A stretch of DNA of 61,023 bases, from NCBI GenBank assembly GCA_035305265.1, contig DATGPC010000050.1:1-61023 (forward strand), in the 5' to 3' direction. The position numbers and the translations under genes are program-made. The first letter of the stretch is position 1, and each line of letters opens with the position of its first letter. This document shows, in pieces, positions 28,226 to 38,036 of the stretch. The stretch is from Thermomicrobiales bacterium. Its GTDB lineage: Bacteria > Chloroflexota > Chloroflexia > Thermomicrobiales > UBA6265. Below the pieces are notes generated by a model. It saw only the letters and a program-made list of their open reading frames with translations, had not been told where the DNA came from and ran no database searches.

Positions 28226-29518
28226 GTGCATCTTCGACAACGCATTTTCTCCAGGCGGTCGACCCTCTGGTCGAACCGCGACTTCCTTCATCTATGGTCT
28301 GCTGAAACCATTTCCCAGTTCGGATCCCAGCTCGGCTTGCTGGCGATCCCGCTCATCGCTGCGCTCGTGCTGGATGCCTCGCCCCTGCAGATGGGCCTCC
28401 TGACAGCAGCCGGGCAGGCGCCACGCCTCGTCATCGGCTTCTTCGCCGGCGCGTGGGTAGATCGCCTTCCCCGCAAGCCGATAATGGTCGTGACCGATAT
28501 CGGCCGCGCGCTCACCTACGCCGTCATCCCGGCGGCGTGGTTCCTCGACGTCCTCTCAATAGAACTACTGTTGCTCGTCGCGGTCATCGAGGGCTGCCAA
28601 ACCGTCTTCTTCAACGCCGCCTGGTCGGCGATCATCCCGAGCCTTGTCCAGCGCAAGCACCTCGCCGATGCCAACGGCAAGCTGATGGCGAGCGTCTCAC
28701 TGGCGCAGGTCACCGGCCCGGCGCTCGCCGGGACGCTGATCGCATGGCTGTCCGGACCGGTGGTGATGGCGATCACCTCCGCGACGTTCGGGATGTCCGC
28801 GTGGTTCCTGCAGCATATCCGCAAGCCGGAGGTGCGCCGGGAACGCGACGTCACCAGCCCGACACGGCTGATGGAGGAAGTCCGGGAAGGCTTGCGCGAG
28901 CTGATCGGCTCGCGAATCGTCCGCCCGCTCACCACCAGCTCGATGGTGATCAACCTCGGCGGCAACATGTTCATGTCGGTCTACGTGCTGTACATGGCGC
29001 AGGACCTCGGTCTCTCGTCACGAGGCATCGGTCTGGTCTATGCCTCGGGTGGCGTCGGCGCGCTCGTCGCCAGCATGGTCGCCGCGCCGCTGGCTACCAG
29101 GTTCGGCGTCGGCCGCACGGTTCTCTGGAGCGCGGGTGCGTTCGGGATCGCAAACCTCTTCGTGCCCATGGCGATCCTCGTGCCGGAGTATGCGCTCCCG
29201 CTCATCGTCTTCTCGGAGCTGGCCGCCTGGATGTCGCTCCAGGTCTTCAACGTCAACCGCTTCAGCCTGCGGCAGGCCCTGACGCCGGATCACCTCATGG
29301 GCCGGGTCTCCTCATCGACGCTGACCCTCGTCGGCGGCGCGCAGCTGACCGGCTCGTTGCTTGGCGGCGTGATCGGCCAGGTTTTCTCGGTCCACGTCGC
29401 GCTCTTCGTTTCGGTGGGCATCATGGCGCTCGCCGCCGGAGTCGTGTGGGCGTCCTCGATCCCATCCATCGGTGAGATGCCGGACGGTCCGGAGGTGGCG
29501 GCATCGGTCGCCGACTAG
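28226..29518 (+). CDS. MFS transporter
   Basis: 12-TM profile with an N-terminal NRDFLHLWSAETISQFGSQ motif (EntS-like subgroup). GTG start. Confidence 0.85.
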   Translation: MHLRQRIFSRRSTLWSNRDFLHLWSAETISQFGSQLGLLAIPLIAALVLDASPLQMGLLTAAGQAPRLVIGFFAGAWVDRLPRKPIMVVTDIGRALTYAVIPAAWFLDVLSIELLLLVAVIEGCQTVFFNAAWSAIIPSLVQRKHLADANGKLMASVSLAQVTGPALAGTLIAWLSGPVVMAITSATFGMSAWFLQHIRKPEVRRERDVTSPTRLMEEVREGLRELIGSRIVRPLTTSSMVINLGGNMFMSVYVLYMAQDLGLSSRGIGLVYASGGVGALVASMVAAPLATRFGVGRTVLWSAGAFGIANLFVPMAILVPEYALPLIVFSELAAWMSLQVFNVNRFSLRQALTPDHLMGRVSSSTLTLVGGAQLTGSLLGGVIGQVFSVHVALFVSVGIMALAAGVVWASSIPSIGEMPDGPEVAASVAD

Positions 29519-29521
29519 AGG

Positions 29522-29560
29522 CATGCAAAAGGGGCGCCCGGCTGGCGCCCCTTTTGCATG
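29522..29560. terminator. Bidirectional terminator hairpin
   Basis: 17-bp stem CATGCAAAAGGGGCGCC / GGCGCCCCTTTTGCATG. Confidence 0.8.
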
Positions 29561-29581
29561 GTCAGCTCGTTGCGACGCTCG

Positions 29582-29998
29582 CTACTCCTTCGGCGGGTAC
29601 TCGTCCCGCGAGCGCGTGGGCTCGACCTTGTCAGGTTGCGAATAAACCTCTTCCCCTTGCTCGGCGACACCGGCCGAGGTGGGCTTTGCGCTGGCGACAC
29701 CAGCCTTGGCCGGCTCACCGACCCGCTGGAGGAAATCCTGCCGGAACCACTGTGCCGTCCACGGGATCGCCACGCGGTTCTCGTGCCCCTTGAAGTCAAC
29801 GAGGTAGAGCGGGATGTTATGCGTGCCGTCCGGCTTGATATCCGTGATCGTGCCGGTCGCGCCGTCGAACTTCGCTTCCTGTGACGTCACGTACATCGGA
29901 TGGATGGTGACCACACCACGCTTGTTCGTGCCACGGGGCAGCTGGACCCGCACCGTGTCCCCGACATTCAATCCGACCATCTCGCGACGCTCCTCCAC
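29582..29998 (-). CDS. Hypothetical protein (SH3/KOW-like N-terminal half, low-complexity tail)
   Basis: 138-aa ORF with high GC3. No motif I can name. Confidence 0.55.
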   Translation of the reverse strand: MEERREMVGLNVGDTVRVQLPRGTNKRGVVTIHPMYVTSQEAKFDGATGTITDIKPDGTHNIPLYLVDFKGHENRVAIPWTAQWFRQDFLQRVGEPAKAGVASAKPTSAGVAEQGEEVYSQPDKVEPTRSRDEYPPKE

Positions 29999-30180
29999 TC
30001 GCAGCGGCCGGCATCATCACCGGCCTCGATCACCTGCACGCACTCCATCGTTCTGGCGTGAGTATACCGGTTTTGCCGCCATCACCCCCGGGTTGTACGC
30101 CCCGGTTGTGGCATCGGCGACACCCCGTGGTAACAGAATCGTGATATTCAACATCGGTATTAAGATTTTCAATGTTGATA

Positions 30181-30209
30181 TTGACATTTTTGATTCGCCG
30201 ATCTAGTAT
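30181..30209 (+). promoter_or_regulatory. Near-consensus sigma-70 promoter of the DUF2089 operon
   Basis: TTGACA (30181..30186), 17-nt spacer, TAGTAT (30204..30209). It lies in a short AT-rich island carrying the imperfect inverted repeat ATATTCAACAT / ATGTTGATAT. Confidence 0.55.
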
Positions 30210-30312
30210 GCCTGTATCAGGGCATCAGCCAGACCCCCTGGATGCCCCGATTAACGGACCTCCCGGCCAACAAGGCTGCCGGGAGGCGCCGGAACGACAC
30301 AGGAGTACTGAC

Positions 30313-30741
30313 GTGACCGAATCTTCACGAACGCAGCGACAGGAGCGGCTCGCCCAGGGCGATTGCCCGGTGTGCGGCGAGATGCTGCATATCACCCGTA
30401 TGGAATGCGATAGCTGCGGCACGGCCATCGAAGGACACTTCGTCCTCCACGCGTTGTCCCGGCTGTCCGGCGATCATCTCGATTTCCTCGAGTCGTTCAT
30501 CCGCAACCGCGGCGTCATCAAGGACATCGAGGTGGACCTCGGCATCTCCTACCCGACCGTCAAGTCCCGGCTCGACGACGTCGTGACATCCCTCGGCTAT
30601 CCTGCGGCTGAAGGCCGGCTCCGCCCGAGCCAGGTTCGCGAGGAGCGCCGGACGATCCTGGAGCAGCTACGCAAGAAGGAGATCTCGTCCGAGGAGGCGG
30701 CCCTGAAACTGGCCAGTCTCGGAGAAAGGAGCATGCGATGA
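30313..30741 (+). CDS. DUF2089 domain protein (Zn-ribbon plus HTH)
   Basis: CPVCGEMLHITRMECDSCG zinc ribbon, then LSGDHLDFLESFIRNRGVIKDIEVDLGISYPTVKSRL. AGGAG lies 7 nt before GTG 30313. An upstream ATG start would overlap the promoter. Confidence 0.75.
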   Translation: MTESSRTQRQERLAQGDCPVCGEMLHITRMECDSCGTAIEGHFVLHALSRLSGDHLDFLESFIRNRGVIKDIEVDLGISYPTVKSRLDDVVTSLGYPAAEGRLRPSQVREERRTILEQLRKKEISSEEAALKLASLGERSMR

Positions 30742-31136
30742 GCATGTTATCCGGCGTTCCCGGCAACTCCGGCGAGGAACGGCTGCAGATCCTCAAGATG
30801 GTGGAAGACCAATCCATCTCCCCCGAGGAAGCGGCCCGCCTCCTGGAAGCGCTGGATCGCACGGACCGCAAGCGCGCCCAGACGCGGCAACAGGCACCGG
30901 GTCCCCGCAATATCCGCATCAAGGTCACCGATGTCGGAACGAAGCGCACCGACGTCGACATCACGCTCCCGCTGGGACTGGTCAACACGATCGTCAGCAT
31001 GGCGAACCGGTTCGCGCCGGGACGCGTGCCAGACCTCTCGGCCCTCCAGAGCCAGATCGAGGGAGGCTACGTCGGAACGCTTGTCGATATCGAAAACGGC
31101 CAGGATCGCGTCCAGATCATGGTCGAACCGCGCTAG
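30738..31136 (+). CDS. SHOCT-like domain protein
   Basis: ERLQILKMVEDQSISPEEAARLLEAL motif. 4-nt overlap with the DUF2089 gene. Confidence 0.65.
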   Translation: MSMLSGVPGNSGEERLQILKMVEDQSISPEEAARLLEALDRTDRKRAQTRQQAPGPRNIRIKVTDVGTKRTDVDITLPLGLVNTIVSMANRFAPGRVPDLSALQSQIEGGYVGTLVDIENGQDRVQIMVEPR

Positions 31137-31199
31137 TCAGCCACCGGATCGCACGGGCGGTCCAGGACAGAAGCAATACGCAGGAAAGGAACCTCAACC

Positions 31200-32684
31200 A
31201 TGAGCCAGAACTCTATCGTCCCCGGCGGAAGCACGGCCGACTTCACCCGGACTGCCAGCTTTGACCCGACCAAACCAGTCCGCCTGACGGTCAGCAACCA
31301 CGACGGTGAGGTCCGCGTGCGCCGGACCGACGGAAGCGACATCGTCATCAACGGCTTCCACCTCCGCTCCCGTGGCAACGCCAACGGCGACGTGGACGAG
31401 AACGTGGTCTTCGAGGTCGACGGCAACACAATTTCCTTCCGCCCGTCCTGGCAGGTCGGCAACACCGTGTCCGACATCGCCCAGAAGGTAAAGACCCAGC
31501 TCAAGGACGGCTTCCGCGCCGAGGACTGGGACTTCAAGAAGATGCGCTTCGCTGGTGACATCTCCTATGACATCGACGTGCTCATCCCGCGCAACCTGCC
31601 GGAAGGCTCGTCGGTCTCCGTTCGCACCACCAGCGGCGATGTGAAGATCGAGGATCTCGACGCCAGCGTCTCCGTCGCGACAGCCAGCGGCGATATCGAC
31701 CTGGAGCGCGTGGAGGGAAAAGTGTCGGCCCACAGCGCCAGTGGCGACGTCGAGGCTCGCTCGCTGAAGGGCAGCCTCGAGACCAATACCGCCAGCGGCG
31801 ATATCTCGGTGGAGGGAGGCGACGCCTGGGCGGCGCTCCGCTCCGTCAGCGGCGATATCTCCATCCGCGACTTCACGCTGAAGAACGCCCGCGTAACCAC
31901 GGTTAGCGGCACGGTCACGGTGAACGCGGTGGTGAACAACGACGCGGAATACACCTTCGACTCCGTCAGCGGCGATATGCGGCTGACGACGGCCCTGCCG
32001 GCCAGCGGCGCCTCCCTCTCCTTCCGCTCGATGAGCGGCGATGCGTCCGTGGAGGGTGACTGGACCAAGGGGTCCGGCAAACGCGCCTGGACGCTTCGTG
32101 GACAGGAAGGTGGCCCGAAGATCAGCGTCAAGACGGTGTCCGGCAGCCTGAAGGCGAACGGCGTGATCTCCGGCGATCTCGAAGCCCGCACCGAGAGCAT
32201 GCCGAAGGACGTCACCGAGGATGCCCGGCACGAAGATGCTGCTACCGACGAGTCGACCGGCCCGAACATTACCGTCGACGCCGATTGGGAGCGCGCCAAG
32301 ACCTGGCTGAAGGACATCAGCCAGCGCGTCTCGAAGTTCGTCAACGATCTCGATGCTGCCGGGGATCGCCGGTATCAGGAGCGCCAGACATCGGGCGACG
32401 AGACGCAGCCGATCGATGTGACGCTCTCCGCGCCGGAAGCACCCGAGCCGGCAGCGACGGCGCCGACCGAGCCCATGCCGGAGATGCCTGCGCAGCCCGA
32501 GAAGCCGGAGCCGCCGGCTTCCCCGGCGGGAGCCGAGACCGCTCCGTTGCCGCCGACGCCGCCCGAGGCGCCGGAGAAGCCGGAGACCAGCTCCGAGCGA
32601 CGCCTGCGCCTGCTCCAGGCCGTACAGCGCGGCGAGCTGTCGGTCGACGAGGCGCTGGCACAGCTCGACGACCAGCAGTCCTGA
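31200..32684 (+). CDS. DUF4097 (beta-helical putative adhesin / toast-rack) protein with Pro-rich linker and C-terminal SHOCT-like helix
   Basis: At least nine periodic S-G-D-[VI] repeats (TSGDVKIE, ASGDIDLE, ASGDVEAR...). PEAPEPAATAPTEP linker, then RRLRLLQAVQRGELSVDEALAQL. Confidence 0.75.
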   Translation: MSQNSIVPGGSTADFTRTASFDPTKPVRLTVSNHDGEVRVRRTDGSDIVINGFHLRSRGNANGDVDENVVFEVDGNTISFRPSWQVGNTVSDIAQKVKTQLKDGFRAEDWDFKKMRFAGDISYDIDVLIPRNLPEGSSVSVRTTSGDVKIEDLDASVSVATASGDIDLERVEGKVSAHSASGDVEARSLKGSLETNTASGDISVEGGDAWAALRSVSGDISIRDFTLKNARVTTVSGTVTVNAVVNNDAEYTFDSVSGDMRLTTALPASGASLSFRSMSGDASVEGDWTKGSGKRAWTLRGQEGGPKISVKTVSGSLKANGVISGDLEARTESMPKDVTEDARHEDAATDESTGPNITVDADWERAKTWLKDISQRVSKFVNDLDAAGDRRYQERQTSGDETQPIDVTLSAPEAPEPAATAPTEPMPEMPAQPEKPEPPASPAGAETAPLPPTPPEAPEKPETSSERRLRLLQAVQRGELSVDEALAQLDDQQS

Positions 32685-32698
32685 TACCGATCACGGGA

Positions 32699-32722
32699 GA
32701 GCGGTGCCCGTAAGCACCGCTC
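32699..32722 (+). terminator. Terminator-like hairpin
   Basis: 9-bp stem GAGCGGTGC / GCACCGCTC after the DUF4097 gene. Weak T tract. Confidence 0.4.
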
Positions 32723-32840
32723 CTTCCACAAACAGGTCACGAACGGCGGATTACCGGTCCCGCGCAAGCGGGCGGCAACCCGCAGGGGGTCCCTGTCTCT
32801 CGAATCTCCGCGTATCCAGGAAAAGAACGAGGCAGTCTCC

Positions 32841-33062
32841 ATGAACACGATCCATCCCGACCATGCCGTCTACCAGATCCGGGGACGCCAGGAGATCGTC
32901 CGGGACGGCATCAAGGCCGCCCGCCAGCCGGGCGACGTCGCCGCCATCCGTGAGATGATCGGCCAGATGCTGATCCATGCCGGCGAGCGCATCCGCGGAC
33001 ACCAGCAGCGAGCCACGCTGCCGCTCCGGCCGACGGCCCGAGTCGCGCAGGCCACCCGCTAA
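32841..33062 (+). CDS. Hypothetical small protein (73 aa)
   Basis: Very high GC3 in this frame and no competing ORF. No recognisable motif and a weak RBS. Confidence 0.4.
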   Translation: MNTIHPDHAVYQIRGRQEIVRDGIKAARQPGDVAAIREMIGQMLIHAGERIRGHQQRATLPLRPTARVAQATR

Positions 33063-33107
33063 CATGCCCCGGAGCGCCGGGTATCACGTCCAGCGCTCCG
33101 GGTCCCC

Positions 33108-34391
33108 ATGAGGAGACCTCACGACATGATCACCGACGAGGTGACCGCACAGGGAAACGGGTCCCTGTTCTCGGCGCAAAAGCGCCCGGTCACGACGATG
33201 GTGGCGACCAGCTTCATCTCCGCCATCAGCAACAACATGACCGCCATCGCCGTGCCCTGGTTCGTCCTGACGCTGACCGGAAGCGCCTCCCAAACCGGCA
33301 TCACCGCCGCGGTCACGCTCCTCCCCTCCGTGTTCATGTCGTTCTTTGGCGGAGCCGTCGCCGACCGGATGAACGCCCGCCGATTGTCGGTCTTCTCCGA
33401 CGTGATGAGCGGCGCCACGGTCGCGCTCGTACCGTTGTTGTTCATGCTGGACGTGCTCTCGTTCCCGCTTCTCCTGCTCCTGATGTTCCTCGGCGCCATC
33501 TTCGACACGCCGGGCCATACCGCCCGGAGCACGATGCTTCCGCGCCTGGCCGAACGGGCCGGGATGCCCCTCGAGCGGATCAACTCCGCCATGGGCGTGA
33601 GCCAGTCGATGTCGTCGATCATCGGCGCGGCGGCGTCCGGTATCCTGATCGGCCTGATCGGCGCGACGAACGTGCTCTGGTTCAACGCCATTGCGTTCGG
33701 GATCTCGGCGCTCGCCATGACCCTGTTCATCCCGGACCTCGGCGTGAACCCGCCAAGCGGCGCATCCCTCCTGGGCGACGTCAAGACGGGACTCCGGTAC
33801 GTCCTGGACAACTCCCTGATCCGCACGATCATCATGGTGTCGCTGGTCGTCAACGGCGTGTACAGCCCGCTCTTCGGCGTGGTCATTCCGTATTACGCCA
33901 AGACCGTCTACGACTCCGCAGCCGCCCTCGGCGTCCTCTCGGCGTCCTACGGGGTCGGCATGCTGATCGGCTCGGTGCTCTATGGCGTGATCGGGGACAA
34001 GCTCTCGAAGCGCACGCAGATGTTCGCGTCCGTCGCGCTGATCTCGCTCCCCGTCGCCGGGTTGATCGCCGTCCCTTCCCTCGGCTGGAGCATCGCGATC
34101 CTGCTGCTCTGCTCGCTCGGTTCCGGACTGGTGAACCCGATGGTCTTCACGATCATCATGAAGGAGACACCCCAGAACCTGCTCGGTCGGGTCGTGGGCG
34201 TCATCTCGGCCGGGGCGATGGTCGCCTCGCCGCTCGGCATGATCGCCGTCGGCCCCGTGCTGGACTCCGTAGGATTGCGCGGCACCTTCGCTGGCATCTC
34301 GGCAATCCTCGCAGCCGTGCTCGTCATGGTGGTCGGGAATCGGACGATCCGCACGATCGACTCGCGGGAGCCAGCACCCCAGAGCGCGTAG
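33108..34391 (+). CDS. MFS transporter
   Basis: 12-TM profile. Same subgroup as 28226..29518 (FISAISNNMTAIAVPWFVL). Alternative start at ATG 33126. Confidence 0.85.
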   Translation: MRRPHDMITDEVTAQGNGSLFSAQKRPVTTMVATSFISAISNNMTAIAVPWFVLTLTGSASQTGITAAVTLLPSVFMSFFGGAVADRMNARRLSVFSDVMSGATVALVPLLFMLDVLSFPLLLLLMFLGAIFDTPGHTARSTMLPRLAERAGMPLERINSAMGVSQSMSSIIGAAASGILIGLIGATNVLWFNAIAFGISALAMTLFIPDLGVNPPSGASLLGDVKTGLRYVLDNSLIRTIIMVSLVVNGVYSPLFGVVIPYYAKTVYDSAAALGVLSASYGVGMLIGSVLYGVIGDKLSKRTQMFASVALISLPVAGLIAVPSLGWSIAILLLCSLGSGLVNPMVFTIIMKETPQNLLGRVVGVISAGAMVASPLGMIAVGPVLDSVGLRGTFAGISAILAAVLVMVVGNRTIRTIDSREPAPQSA

Positions 34392-34520
34392 CGCATAACG
34401 CCCCGTACCGCCGGAGCTGGTCTGCGGCGCTCGTCGCCCCACATGAAAACGACCCGGCGCCTCCAGCCAGGCGTCGGGTCGTTTTCAGTCTGGTGTGCAA
34501 TGAATCGGGGAGAGACCGAT

Positions 34521-36083
34521 CTACATCGGATAAACGGCAAGCCCCATGCCATCGACGACCGACCACAGCTCCTGGAATGTCGCCCAGTCGTAGTGGTCCG
34601 TGGACCCCTTGGCAGGATCCATGACGAAGACGCCGCTGTCGTCGTAGCCGGTGACGGTCACGACGTGCATGCCGGCGAACACCGAGTAGGTGTCCTCGTC
34701 GTGCAGCACCTCGCGCGTATCGCCCCAGAAGCCGAGCCACACCACGACCGGGTGGCCTGCGTCCAGGTGCGAGATGAGCGGGCCGACCTCACCCTCGGTG
34801 TACATGACCTCGCCATAGTAGCCATGCGCGTTCAGGGTCGGGACCAGCGCCTCGGCGTACACGCCGTAGTCGGTGGTGTTGCCCCACCAGCCGTCGATGT
34901 TGCCGCGATAACCGTAATGCGGGTTCAGCGTGATCGGGGTGCTGTTGATGAACGTCTGCTCCGACACGCCCGCTCCGAACGCGGCCGTGGCCGCGTAGGT
35001 TGCCGCGAACTCGCAGCTGAGATTGCGCGTCTGCGCGAAGTTCGGGACCGGCAGCGAGACGATCGGGGCGGAGGTCGCCGCGGTCGACATGGTGCTGTCA
35101 CCACGCTCCCATGGGATGAGCACGCGCTCGCCCGGGATGAGGTTCGTCGGGGCCATGTGATCGTTGAAGCTGATCAACGTATCGACGTTGACGCCCCACT
35201 CGGCGGCGATGCTGTTGTAGGTATCGCCGTACTCGACCCAGTGCGCGCCCATCACCCACGGGCTGGTGCCCTCGCGCTCGGCCGCCATCTGGGCGGCCTC
35301 GGCCGGAGACTGCCCCGGCTCCGGGATGATGATGACCTGGCCCGGCTCCACCGTCCAACCGTTCGGCATGTAGCTGGAGCGATAGATGCCTTCCGGATCG
35401 ACGCCGAACTCGGCGGCAATCGACTCGATGGTGTCGCCCGGGCGGACTTCATAGCGCTGCTGACCATAAGCGGACGTCGCCGCACCGGCAATGACGAGCG
35501 CGAACGCCATCATCGAGGCGATCACGGCCCGGCGGGGAGCCTGGAGCCGAGGCGCGTTGAGCGCGCTCGAACAGGTCCTGCGGACCGACTGGTAAACAGC
35601 ACTCGGCCGCAACGCGTCGAGCGCATCACGAACTGCGGAAGACCCGGCGGTGACCCTCATCGATACCCCTTCTCTCAACTCCCCCACGCCCGGGACCTCC
35701 CGGGACGGGTACAAGCGCTGGTAATGCGCATCGGTCCCCCGACCGATCGCCATCGTCTCGCGCACGACAGTCTGCGGTCGTGACTGCGCGGTGCCGTCCG
35801 CGCGCAATCGCCGGCCTGTTGTCATGCGACGGGCACGTTGTGCCTCGATACGGTTCGCGTACAACCCTACCAAACCGTCGGTTCGGGAGGAATGTCGCGA
35901 CAAACGGTCACGGTCCGCGTCCGGAACATGCATCCGGACCTCCGCCAGCGGCACCGGTGCGGGCCCCTCAGGGATCTCGCATCGGCGTTCCGGCTTCTGG
36001 AATTGCTTGACCCAGGCGGCCCTGCGTGCAGACAAGGAATCTCCCTGCTCTCCGTTGGGACGCTGTCCAAGCACGATGGTCAT
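34521..36083 (-). CDS. LysM-repeat protein with C-terminal C39-like (papain-fold) peptidase domain
   Basis: Two LysM repeats (YEVRPGDTIESIAAEFGV; VEYGDTYNSIAAEWGV). C39-like Cys/His context (NLSCEFAA; GMHVVTVTGYDD). Start is uncertain: ATG 36083 (GGAGA RBS) gives an Arg-rich cytoplasmic extension, and ATG 35660 (GAAGGGG RBS) gives a signal-anchor start. Confidence 0.7.
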   Translation of the reverse strand: MTIVLGQRPNGEQGDSLSARRAAWVKQFQKPERRCEIPEGPAPVPLAEVRMHVPDADRDRLSRHSSRTDGLVGLYANRIEAQRARRMTTGRRLRADGTAQSRPQTVVRETMAIGRGTDAHYQRLYPSREVPGVGELREGVSMRVTAGSSAVRDALDALRPSAVYQSVRRTCSSALNAPRLQAPRRAVIASMMAFALVIAGAATSAYGQQRYEVRPGDTIESIAAEFGVDPEGIYRSSYMPNGWTVEPGQVIIIPEPGQSPAEAAQMAAEREGTSPWVMGAHWVEYGDTYNSIAAEWGVNVDTLISFNDHMAPTNLIPGERVLIPWERGDSTMSTAATSAPIVSLPVPNFAQTRNLSCEFAATYAATAAFGAGVSEQTFINSTPITLNPHYGYRGNIDGWWGNTTDYGVYAEALVPTLNAHGYYGEVMYTEGEVGPLISHLDAGHPVVVWLGFWGDTREVLHDEDTYSVFAGMHVVTVTGYDDSGVFVMDPAKGSTDHYDWATFQELWSVVDGMGLAVYPM

Positions 36084-36655
36084 GACACCATTCTCCGTAC
36101 CCAAGCGGGCGACGGGGAGCGCCCTGGGGAACACGCTTGGGATCCCGCGGGAGGAATCCTCTCTGATAGACGACGGCGGTACACGAGATGTGTACGTACA
36201 CGACGATCCTACCCGAACGGTGACTACTTGGCAAGGGTAGAGTGATGGCGTGAGTATAGCGTGACAGGATCCCCACCGTGGAGTCCGTCGACGCTGGCGA
36301 TCGATCACCTTCCTTAATGGTTGCGACTTCTCTCCAGACCTCCTATAGTCAGGGAGAACTCCGCAACGGAGCGGAATCACGATCCGCGACCGGTCTTCCT
36401 GGCCGGCCGTGCTGTTTTGTTTCGGTATGTACGTTGAGGGCATCATGGCCGTTTACGGCGAGACCTATCTTCGAGGCACACGATTGCGGTCGTTCCTGAC
36501 GACTGGACGCATCTGCGCCTATATCCCTTCCTGGGCGGCGGAACCCCCTACCGGCGCCTGATCACCCCTGCGTTCCCGGTGATCAGGGCATTTCTCCTCT
36601 CCCCGATCCCCCATCCCGCCGCGAACGGCGGGCCCATTCCAGGAAGGCACGTTTC

Positions 36656-37870
36656 ATGTCCACCACCGCGGCCGACCAGGCCACCCGCTCCCTGACGGAG
36701 CGATTCGCCAAGCGCACCTCCGTGTTCGGCACGTCCATCTGGACCGACATCCTTCGCCAACTCAAGGCGCATCCGGATCCGGTCTACTTCGGCGACGGCG
36801 CGCCGTCGCCGGAATGCATGCCGGTCGAACGCCTGAAGTGGGCTTCGGCAAAAGCGTGGGAAGATGCCCCGGGATGCCTCGCCTACGGTGACCAGCTCGG
36901 CTACCTCCCGCTGCGCGAGCTCATCGCCGGGCGCGTCGCCCAACGCGGCATCGAGACGAACCCGGACAATATCCTCATCACGGGCGGTGCGACCCAGGGT
37001 CTCGATATTGCGGCCCGCGCGTTCCTCGAGCCGGGTGACGCCATCATCGTCGAGGTGCCAACTTTCCTCGGCGCGATCGAGATCTTCGAGCTCTACGGCG
37101 TCGAGATCATCGGCGTGGGCGGGGACAACGACGGCATGGACGTCGACGAGCTAGCCCGGGCGCTCGAGGCCAACCCGCAAGCCAAGGCGATCTACACCAT
37201 CCCGACCTTCCAGAACCCGTCTGGCACGACAATGCCGCTCGAGCGCCGCCAGCGCATCGTGGACCTCGCGCGGGAGTACAACGTCGCCGTCTTCGAGGAC
37301 GACCCGTATGGCGATCTCCAGTACAGCGGCGAGCCGGTCGCCCCGATTCGCTCGCTCGATGATCGCGTGATCCACTTCGGCACCTTCTCCAAGACGATCG
37401 CGCCGGGCATCCGTGTCGGCTTCCTCATCGCTCCGGATGATGTCATCCGCATGCTGCTTTCGGTCCGTGAGGTAACCGACATCAGCAACGACCGCATCAT
37501 GATGCGAACCGTCTACCACGCGGCAAAGGACTTCCTCGATGACCACATCGAGCGCGTCCGCGATGTCTACCGCGCCCGCCGGGACGCCATGCTGGCCGCG
37601 CTCGACGAGCACATGCCGGAGGGCGTGACGTGGTCGAAGCCGGACGGCGGCTTCTTCGTCTGGATCACGTTCCCGGAGAATGTCGACCAGACCGAACTCT
37701 TCGATGATGCGGCTCGCAACGGCGTCATCTTCTTCCCGGGCCGCTGGTTCGATCCGGAGAAGCGGATCGGACATACCCTGCGGCTGAGCTTCTCGACCGT
37801 CCCGGAGGACCGGATCCAGCTCGGGATCGAGCGCCTCGGGAAGACACTGCGGGAATCCATCGGCAGCTAA
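36656..37870 (+). CDS. PLP-dependent class I/II aminotransferase (LysN / 2-aminoadipate transaminase-like)
   Basis: YGDQLGYLPLRE, TGGATQGLD, IPTFQNPSGTTM and the FGTFSKTIAPGIRVGF PLP-lysine motif. Confidence 0.85.
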   Translation: MSTTAADQATRSLTERFAKRTSVFGTSIWTDILRQLKAHPDPVYFGDGAPSPECMPVERLKWASAKAWEDAPGCLAYGDQLGYLPLRELIAGRVAQRGIETNPDNILITGGATQGLDIAARAFLEPGDAIIVEVPTFLGAIEIFELYGVEIIGVGGDNDGMDVDELARALEANPQAKAIYTIPTFQNPSGTTMPLERRQRIVDLAREYNVAVFEDDPYGDLQYSGEPVAPIRSLDDRVIHFGTFSKTIAPGIRVGFLIAPDDVIRMLLSVREVTDISNDRIMMRTVYHAAKDFLDDHIERVRDVYRARRDAMLAALDEHMPEGVTWSKPDGGFFVWITFPENVDQTELFDDAARNGVIFFPGRWFDPEKRIGHTLRLSFSTVPEDRIQLGIERLGKTLRESIGS

Positions 37871-37907
37871 CACCCCGCAACTGCGGCGTCACAGGCAGGA
37901 AATTACG

Positions 37908-37954
37908 CACGAACCGGGGGACGGACACTTTGTCTGTCCCCCGGTTCGTGTTTT
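37908..37954 (+). terminator. Intrinsic terminator
   Basis: Long stem CACGAACCGGGGGAC...GTCCCCCGGTTCGTG followed by TTTT. Confidence 0.85.
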
Positions 37955-38036
37955 CCGGTATCCTTTCGCGTAGCATTTCGCGCCCGGGCGGGCGCGCTTC
38001 GTCTCGTCACACCTCACGTTATGGACCAGACCTGCC

